This document shows positions 50,082 through 56,466 of a stretch of DNA of 56,466 bases, piece by piece. Position 1 is the first letter of the stretch. The number at the start of each line of letters is the position of its first letter. A model generated the notes under the pieces. The model searched no databases. It was given only the letters and a program-made list of their open reading frames with translations, and was not told where the DNA came from. Origin of the DNA: Promethearchaeota archaeon (GTDB lineage: Archaea; Asgardarchaeota; Lokiarchaeia; Sigyniarchaeales; SOKP01); assembly GCA_048941285.1 (NCBI GenBank), contig JBHLNS010000017.1:1-56466 (forward strand). The letters run 5' to 3'. Both the position numbers and the translations under genes were made by a program.

Positions 50082-50234
50082 TGGTTTTGTTTAGAGATAT
50101 TATATGATGTAAAATTTTTACTCTTAAATAATGAAATCTCCCAAAGTTATTAAGAATTTAGTCAACTAAAGCAAAATTTAAAATTTGCATTTAGAATAGC
50201 TTTTGACCATTTTTTTTGTTATAAAATAATTAAA

Positions 50235-51518
50235 TTAAAAAATTTTGAAATTAACATCTGGCTTTAGCTCATCTAATACAAAATTCGTAAACGTATCTTC
50301 AATTTCTTCTGAAATATACAAATCTCTTAAAAAGGTTGCATAATCTTCAATTTCCTTTACTCTTACGATTGCAAATAGTCCATATTGCTCACCTATTCGA
50401 AATAAATCTGTGATATTTTTATTTTTATCCAATTTTAAGGCAAGTTCATTATATTTTGACGGATCCTTAGGTTTTATTCTAACAAAATACTTTCCATTGA
50501 AACCGATTTTTTTTGGATAAAAATTTATGGTATAATTTAATATAACTCGTTTTATTTCAAGTTTTTTTATTCTGTTATGAATAGTCGATTGAGAAATGTC
50601 TGTATTGTATTTTTCCTTTAAAATTTTCTTTATCTTATAAGTAGATATGGGTTTTAGACCTTGATTATCTCGTAATATAGTTAAAATTGTGAAATCAATA
50701 TTATCTATTTCAAAATGAGGATCAAATTGTTGTTTATCTAATGTTATATCAATTTTTCTTATACTTTTGATTATTTTTTTTTTTATTATATCTATTTTTG
50801 AAACATTATTAAGACCATTTATCACTATTTTTCCATTTGAGAAAACTAAAATTGTTACAGGAGAATTTTCAATTTTTAATACTAAACCTGGAAATCTCTC
50901 AGGGTTGTATTCAATATCCCAATTATTTCGAGCGATTTGCCTTATGTCGATTTTTGTAGGTAATTCAATTTCTATATTCTCATTTATATGCTCTTTTTTT
51001 TCTACTATAGTATCCAATAACTGCAAAATTTCCTCTTCTAAAGGCATTATTGATTTTCCTAAACTAATTCCATTTGTCTTAAACACCTTAATAGTCTCAA
51101 TGATTTGATATTTTTTAAAATATGACTTTGCCATTATAGTATCTATAGTATTTAATATTTGATAGTATTCCTGAGGAGATTTGAAGAGAAATAAGGCAAA
51201 TAAAGAAAAATCTCCTATTATTCCATCCAACATTCTTAATTGAGGTATTTCCAACAATCTTTTGACTAACTCAGGTTCTTTTGGGTTAGTCTTGATTTCA
51301 AGCATCACAAATTTCAAATTATTGGGCTGAATATTTGGATTAATATTAATTGTGAAATTTGTAATTATTTTTTGATCTCTCAAACCATCAAGTTTATTTT
51401 GATATGTTTGTCTAGAAAGTCCAATTGCACCGGAATTTTTTGAAATGATAAATTTGGTTTTTCCGCTTAAATTTTTGATGAATTGTTGTACTTCATACTC
51501 ATCATTTATTCTACTCAT
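50235..51518 (-). CDS. Tandem Lrp/AsnC-type regulator with an inserted TBP-like domain
   Basis: Lrp repeat 1 (about aa 1-150), TBP repeat (about aa 180-258, EYNPERFPGLVLKI...LVFSNGKIVING) and Lrp repeat 2 (about aa 270-427). Confidence 0.82.
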   Translation of the reverse strand: MSRINDEYEVQQFIKNLSGKTKFIISKNSGAIGLSRQTYQNKLDGLRDQKIITNFTININPNIQPNNLKFVMLEIKTNPKEPELVKRLLEIPQLRMLDGIIGDFSLFALFLFKSPQEYYQILNTIDTIMAKSYFKKYQIIETIKVFKTNGISLGKSIMPLEEEILQLLDTIVEKKEHINENIEIELPTKIDIRQIARNNWDIEYNPERFPGLVLKIENSPVTILVFSNGKIVINGLNNVSKIDIIKKKIIKSIRKIDITLDKQQFDPHFEIDNIDFTILTILRDNQGLKPISTYKIKKILKEKYNTDISQSTIHNRIKKLEIKRVILNYTINFYPKKIGFNGKYFVRIKPKDPSKYNELALKLDKNKNITDLFRIGEQYGLFAIVRVKEIEDYATFLRDLYISEEIEDTFTNFVLDELKPDVNFKIF

Positions 51519-51645
51519 AATATTACACTTTTACAAATTTTTGATTCACTATTAATTAAATGTTAAATTATATATTTAAATATTTGCATTTAACCAAAAA
51601 AAGATTTATAAATTAATTAAAATTAATATTCTTACAAAAAAGAAA

Positions 51646-52923
51646 GTGATTTGTATGGTAAATTATAAGGTAGCAGATGAAAATTTAGCCAATCAAGGAA
51701 AAGAAGCACTTTATATTGCTGAAAGTAAAATGCCAGTCACAGCAGAAATAATTCGAGAACGATTTTCTAATGAAAAGCCCTTAGAGGGAATCACTATTGC
51801 AGGTTGTTTACATGTAACAAAAGAAACTGGTAATTTAGCTCGAACTCTTAAAGCGGGGGGTGCAGAAGTATATCTTTGTGGAAGCAATCCATTATCGACT
51901 CAGGATGATGTAGCAGCCGCTTTAGTAAAGGAAGGAATAAACGTTTTTGCGTGGCACGGTAATACAGATGAGGAATTTTATTGGTGTATAAGACAATGCC
52001 TAAATGCTAAACCGAATATTTTAATTGACGATGGTGCTGATATGATTGTAACCGCACATCAAGAATATCAAGAACTAATTAATTCAGGAACTATCATCGC
52101 ATGTCAAGAAGAAACCACAACTGGCGTCAAAAGATTTAAAGCGATGGATAAAAAAGGAGTTTTGAAAGTACCACTCTTTCCAGTTAATGATGCTCGTTGT
52201 AAAAATCAATTTGATAATGAATTAGGAACTGGACAAGGAATTATTGCGGCGATTTATGGAATGCACGTATTATTTGCAGGGAAAAATGTTATTGTGGCAG
52301 GATTCGGTCATTGCAGTAGCGGGATGGCATTGAGAGCACGTGGTTTGGGTGCAAACGTAATCGTTACTGAGATTGATCCGATTAAAGCACTCCAAGCTAA
52401 ATTTGCTGGTTATCAAGTTATGCCTATTTCAGAGGCTTTACCCATCGCAGATATTATTTTAACTGCGACGGGATGCAAACATGTGATATTACCTACAAAA
52501 GAAAATTTTGATGCTCTTAAAGATGGAGTCATTTTAGGTAATCTAGGACATTTTGACATTGAGATTCCAACTAAGGAAATTTATGAATACGCTAAAGAAA
52601 TCAAGCCAATAAGAAATAACGTCGAGGAAATCATTTTTCCTGATGATAAAAGAACCTATTTACTTGCTAAGGGAAGACTTGCTAATCTAGTGCTTTCAGA
52701 AGGACACCCTGCTGAAGTAATGGATATGTCTTTTGGTTTACAGTCATTAATGTCCGAGTATATTGTTAAAAATAAAGAAAAATTAAGACCAGGAATGATT
52801 GATATTCCCAGTGAAATTGATGACGAGGTTGGTTTCTTAAAACTCCAGTCCTTAGGCGTTGAGATTGACAAGCTTACGGATGAACAATACAAATATATCC
52901 ATGGCTACGAAGAGGGAACATAA
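51646..52923 (+). CDS. ahcY: Adenosylhomocysteinase (start possibly ATG 51655)
   Basis: CLHVTKET, SNPLSTQDDVAAAL, DDGAD, EETTTG and GHPAEVMDMSF motifs. Confidence 0.93.
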   Translation: MICMVNYKVADENLANQGKEALYIAESKMPVTAEIIRERFSNEKPLEGITIAGCLHVTKETGNLARTLKAGGAEVYLCGSNPLSTQDDVAAALVKEGINVFAWHGNTDEEFYWCIRQCLNAKPNILIDDGADMIVTAHQEYQELINSGTIIACQEETTTGVKRFKAMDKKGVLKVPLFPVNDARCKNQFDNELGTGQGIIAAIYGMHVLFAGKNVIVAGFGHCSSGMALRARGLGANVIVTEIDPIKALQAKFAGYQVMPISEALPIADIILTATGCKHVILPTKENFDALKDGVILGNLGHFDIEIPTKEIYEYAKEIKPIRNNVEEIIFPDDKRTYLLAKGRLANLVLSEGHPAEVMDMSFGLQSLMSEYIVKNKEKLRPGMIDIPSEIDDEVGFLKLQSLGVEIDKLTDEQYKYIHGYEEGT

Positions 52924-53018
52924 ATTTAAAGATTTAATTAGGTATTTTTTAATATTTTCTTCTTTTTTAGAGTAATTTTTAAGTGATTCTTAAATATAAA
53001 AACAAAAAGCACTATTTA

Positions 53019-53867
53019 TCATCTAATTTTAGGGGGTCCTCGAGAGATAATTTTTTTAATATTATCTAATGAATCACGGCCAGGATATATTAATTCAACA
53101 AACCAAGTTATCCCAATATTAAGAAAAGTATTTTTGAATGACCAATCATCATCTTTTTCTAAACCTGTTGAAATAAAAGGTTTAATAATATCATAAGAAT
53201 CAAAGGAACTTCTATATTGTTTTATGTATTTTATAATTTCTCTATACTCATTTGGGGATAAAGCGTCTTCAGAACCTGCTTTAAGTGGAAATACACCTTC
53301 ATATTGGGCTGCCCTCTGAAATGGTTTCTTATAGGGCCAATTTCCACCAACCCAAATCGGAATTTTCTCTTGAAAAGGTTTTGGAAAGAATTCTACTTCT
53401 TTAATATTAAAAAACTTTCCTTTAAATTTAAAGGGCTTATTAGCCCATAAACCTTTTAAAATATGTAAAGATTCATCCAATTTTCCACGCCTGATTACTC
53501 GATCAGTATTTTCTCCGAAATTACTAAAATCTGAATCAGCTCCTAAACCAATCCCTAAAACCATTCTTCCTTTTGATAAGCGATCAAGAGTAGATACTTC
53601 TTTTGCAATTATCCATGGTCTTCTTCTTGCCAAAGGAGTGACTGTTGTTCCTAATTTAATTCTTTTTGTTTTTACTGCAACTGCTGATAAAATTATCCAT
53701 GGATCTAAAAATGCTTGCATTTTATTTGAGGAAAAGAAGACATGATCCCATAAGAAGAACCCATCCCAGCCATTATTCTCGCTTAAAATTGCTAAATCAA
53801 CATAATCTTGAGGATCATTGGTTATACCATAATTAGCGATATAAATTCCAAATTTATTTTTTGGCAT
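53019..53867 (-). CDS. LLM-class flavin/F420-dependent oxidoreductase
   Basis: GFFLWDH, DPW, LDRLSKGRMVLGIGLG and IPIWVGG motifs. Confidence 0.9.
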   Translation of the reverse strand: MPKNKFGIYIANYGITNDPQDYVDLAILSENNGWDGFFLWDHVFFSSNKMQAFLDPWIILSAVAVKTKRIKLGTTVTPLARRRPWIIAKEVSTLDRLSKGRMVLGIGLGADSDFSNFGENTDRVIRRGKLDESLHILKGLWANKPFKFKGKFFNIKEVEFFPKPFQEKIPIWVGGNWPYKKPFQRAAQYEGVFPLKAGSEDALSPNEYREIIKYIKQYRSSFDSYDIIKPFISTGLEKDDDWSFKNTFLNIGITWFVELIYPGRDSLDNIKKIISRGPPKIR

Positions 53868-53990
53868 TATTAGAAGCGTTATTTTTTTTATAATACCTTA
53901 ATTTTAATGAAAGATTTATATAATAATAAAATGGGTTAAAAATTTCTAACTTTCATTTTTAACTCCAGGTTCCTTAAAGAATTTCAATTA

Positions 53991-54503
53991 TTGGTAAATA
54001 TGAAAGAAAATATAGATTTAAATTTAGAAGATTTGCTTAAATTGATGAGATATTCTTTTCTTAGGTTGGATGGTGCCTGGTTCATGGCTTCAGCAGAGAA
54101 ACTTGGCTTGGAAACGGCGACAGAGTTAGATATAAAAGCATGGGAGATGTTCTCTGAAAGGTTAGGAAAGAAAATCGCTTCAATAATAAATTTGAAGGGC
54201 GATTTCTCTCAAACATTACCAAAACTAATGAAGATCCAACATAAACTTATGAATATGAATTCAGAAATAGAAGTTATTAGTAAAAGTAAAATAATTCACA
54301 GAGTTTTAGAATGTGAAGTTTGGAGAATGGTTCAGAAAGTATGGGCTCAGGATGCAATACCTTGTCACAAAGTCACACTAGCAAGTATTAGAGGCTTGCT
54401 AAAAGGAGCTTTTCCGGAACAAGAATTCATTTTAGAACATAAGAAGAAAATCCCATTAGGAGATCCATACTGTGAGGTTGAAATTTCTGTTAAAAAATCA
54501 TAA
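53991..54503 (+). CDS. DUF6125 / V4R-like metal-binding protein
   Basis: LDGAWF, three spaced Cys (ECEVW, PCHKV, GDPYCE). Confidence 0.65.
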   Translation: MVNMKENIDLNLEDLLKLMRYSFLRLDGAWFMASAEKLGLETATELDIKAWEMFSERLGKKIASIINLKGDFSQTLPKLMKIQHKLMNMNSEIEVISKSKIIHRVLECEVWRMVQKVWAQDAIPCHKVTLASIRGLLKGAFPEQEFILEHKKKIPLGDPYCEVEISVKKS

Positions 54504-54879
54504 CAATTATTTATTTTTCAGGTTTCTTCTTTTCTCTTTTCAATTGTAAAAAATAAGTATTTCTATGGACATCATTGAGTTCTTTTATTAATAAATGCCT
54601 GAGATTTTAATTTTTATTACTTCAAAGCAGTAGTATAGTAAATATTGAGTTTTCTATATCCAAAATTCTATCCTTTATTGCTGTTTGAGTAAATTTCGAT
54701 TTTAAAATCCTATTTTAATATATGTAAAGCAACTACTTAATTTCTGGAAGAGTTTGAAGGTGTTTTAAAGAAAAGTATTGATTCTTTTAATTTAGATTAA
54801 TAAACAATTTTTTTATTATGATAGTACACAAATTCCCTTTTAATTGATTGAAAAGAAAATTTAGATATGATACTAAATA

Positions 54880-55797
54880 TTAGACAAACAAATTTTTATT
54901 TTTTATCATATCAGACACTTTTACATCAGGGTGATGATATTTTTTATTATAAGCAACAATTTCACCATAGATTGCATCATTTGGACACCAAACATAACAA
55001 GCATAGCAATTTTCACAGTGATGTTGCCACTTTGGTCTATTCTCAATGATCTTTATATTATTTACTGGACAAATCTGAGCACAAATTACACATCCATTAC
55101 AATTCTCATTAACTTCAAAACTTTTGTCAGCGAGACGAATAAAATCCTCAAACGAATATTTAGATTTATCTGTAGAGATTTTTGCTAGTTTTCTATACCG
55201 AGAACGGAATGTAATTTTTGATAAGGAGCGTAAAGGAGAAGAAATTATTTTAGTAAAGGATGGAGTCGTCTCAAATATACCTTTATTATGATTATTAATA
55301 TGGTTTAATATTAACTCGAGTTTCTCTGACCATGCTTTGTATAATTCCTGTTGCTTTTCGGAATCTTTTACGATTTCTTCTTGAGCTCTAATTTTTTTGT
55401 TAAAAATTGCTCTTTTAATTTTTACTCCTGGAGAATATGGAACACTCATCATTACAGTAAATCCTGCATCTAGTTCTCCGCCTTGATTTTGGAGCAATTT
55501 TTTTAAATATATAATTGTTCTTCCTGGTCCACCTGCGTGGGTACAAATTGCAAATATGTATTTGGAATCAAGATTTTTCATCTTTTTTACAAATTGCTCA
55601 ACAATGAGGGGAACTCCTCCAAAAATTGCATAATAGACAGGAAAAACTATTCCGATCATCTCAGCTTTAGATATTATAGTATTTTTGTCTGTTAAAGAAG
55701 GTATAGATATAAGAATACCATCTACTTTTTTTGCTACATCACAGGCTACTATCAAAGAGTTTCCTGTTCCTGTAAAGTAATAAATCTCTGGTTTCAT
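54880..55797 (-). CDS. EFR1-family flavodoxin-ferredoxin fusion protein
   Basis: YYFTGTGNSL and GIVFPVY, plus two CxxCxxCxxxCP motifs. Confidence 0.9.
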   Translation of the reverse strand: MKPEIYYFTGTGNSLIVACDVAKKVDGILISIPSLTDKNTIISKAEMIGIVFPVYYAIFGGVPLIVEQFVKKMKNLDSKYIFAICTHAGGPGRTIIYLKKLLQNQGGELDAGFTVMMSVPYSPGVKIKRAIFNKKIRAQEEIVKDSEKQQELYKAWSEKLELILNHINNHNKGIFETTPSFTKIISSPLRSLSKITFRSRYRKLAKISTDKSKYSFEDFIRLADKSFEVNENCNGCVICAQICPVNNIKIIENRPKWQHHCENCYACYVWCPNDAIYGEIVAYNKKYHHPDVKVSDMIKNKNLFV

Positions 55798-56135
55798 CCA
55801 ATTCTTAACCTCGTGTATCTTATAATCATTTATTATTTCTATATTTTATTATTTTAAAAAAAGAATATTATAGAATAAAATTTTATAATAAGTAGTGCAT
55901 TCTTAAAAAGATAATTGCAATTAACGTTAGAATTCATTTATATAGTCTTATTTTCGTATGTTTAATGTTATCCTTTTCATTATAAGGGTTCCAGTTGTTT
56001 TTAAAGCCCATTCTGATTCCAATTAAACACAAAATGATCATGCTAATCCCAAAGAGCCAGAACTAGAAGTTAAATGGGGCTTTCTAAAATTAATTTACAG
56101 ATAATTTGATAAATTTAGTGAAGAATACCATTTTA

Positions 56136-56465
56136 TTATGGTTTTGGATTTAAAATATCGTCGGCATTAACTTTTTCTCCGTAAACCTCATAAGCGAGAG
56201 CTTTCAAACCATCTAATCCAAGAGGTTCTTCTCTGAGTTTTTCTGATTTCCAAATTTTTAATTTTTTAAATTCTTTTACAATTTCTGAAGTGTATTTTAA
56301 TTGTTGCGACCTGACTTTTGAACAGAAATCACATTTTTTAGGTTCTGGTATAATCATATTGATATGCACTCCTTCTAGTTTGATATATTTCTGTGTTAAA
56401 TCTCTAGCTCTTTTAATTTCTTCAAAACTTGGCTTTTCCGCTATAGTAACGAGCCTAAGAGAGCC
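56136..56465 (-). CDS. ArsA/Get3 (TRC40) family ATPase, C-terminal part (starts beyond the window)
   Basis: Frame is open to the window edge: GSLRLVTIAEKPSFEEIKRA...VHINMIIP..KCDFCSKVRSQQLKY...EEPLGLDGL. Confidence 0.82.
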   Translation of the reverse strand, partial: GSLRLVTIAEKPSFEEIKRARDLTQKYIKLEGVHINMIIPEPKKCDFCSKVRSQQLKYTSEIVKEFKKLKIWKSEKLREEPLGLDGLKALAYEVYGEKVNADDILNPKP

Positions 56466-56466
56466 A

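Noticed and set aside
54510-54800. Possible decayed gene on the minus strand
   Set aside because: Fragmented frames with no identifiable family.
2956-55188. Many short track ORFs antisense to or nested in long genes (e.g. 2956-3141, 4017-4301, 12926-13258, 18904-19269, 50767-51108, 54931-55188)
   Set aside because: They are shadow frames of well-supported genes and have no motifs of their own.
55934-56085. Short hydrophobic frame (FWLFGISMIILCLIGIRMGF...) and an imperfect AAAGCCC/GGGCTTT stem downstream of the ArsA/Get3 gene
   Set aside because: The frame is preceded by a stop with no clear start; a gene remnant cannot be told from chance.
1-56466. CRISPR arrays, tRNA/rRNA genes, transposases, integrases
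   Set aside because: No regularly spaced repeats, cloverleaf-like GC-rich segments or mobile-element proteins were seen.

Overview
AT-rich archaeal chromosome segment. Gene content points to an Asgard archaeon, most likely Lokiarchaeia/Promethearchaeia (inference): TFB, Gar1, eS26, archaeosine genes, two Roadblock proteins, a longin/uDENN-like protein and an alpha-SNAP-like protein. 1-15.6 kb is a redox/sulfur island: partial CooS, NAD(P)H oxidoreductase-rubredoxin fusion, two rubredoxins, FprA, superoxide reductase, rubrerythrin, a CoA-disulfide reductase-rhodanese-TusA-rhodanese fusion, and a tusA-iscS-iscU operon. The rest is transport, Wood-Ljungdahl/corrinoid, RNA-processing and transcription genes. 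No tRNA, rRNA, CRISPR array or transposase was seen. Most notable observations: (1) a tandem Lrp/AsnC regulator with a single TBP repeat inserted in its middle; (2) an IscS lacking the PLP lysine, paired with an IscU fused to a degenerate thioredoxin-reductase domain; (3) repeated non-canonical starts, mostly AUU, which hide eS26 and a folliculin/NPRL2-like longin domain from the ORF track; (4) two candidate structured ncRNAs; (5) a double zinc-finger ORF with two in-frame UGA codons. All family calls come from motif recognition by eye, not database searches.
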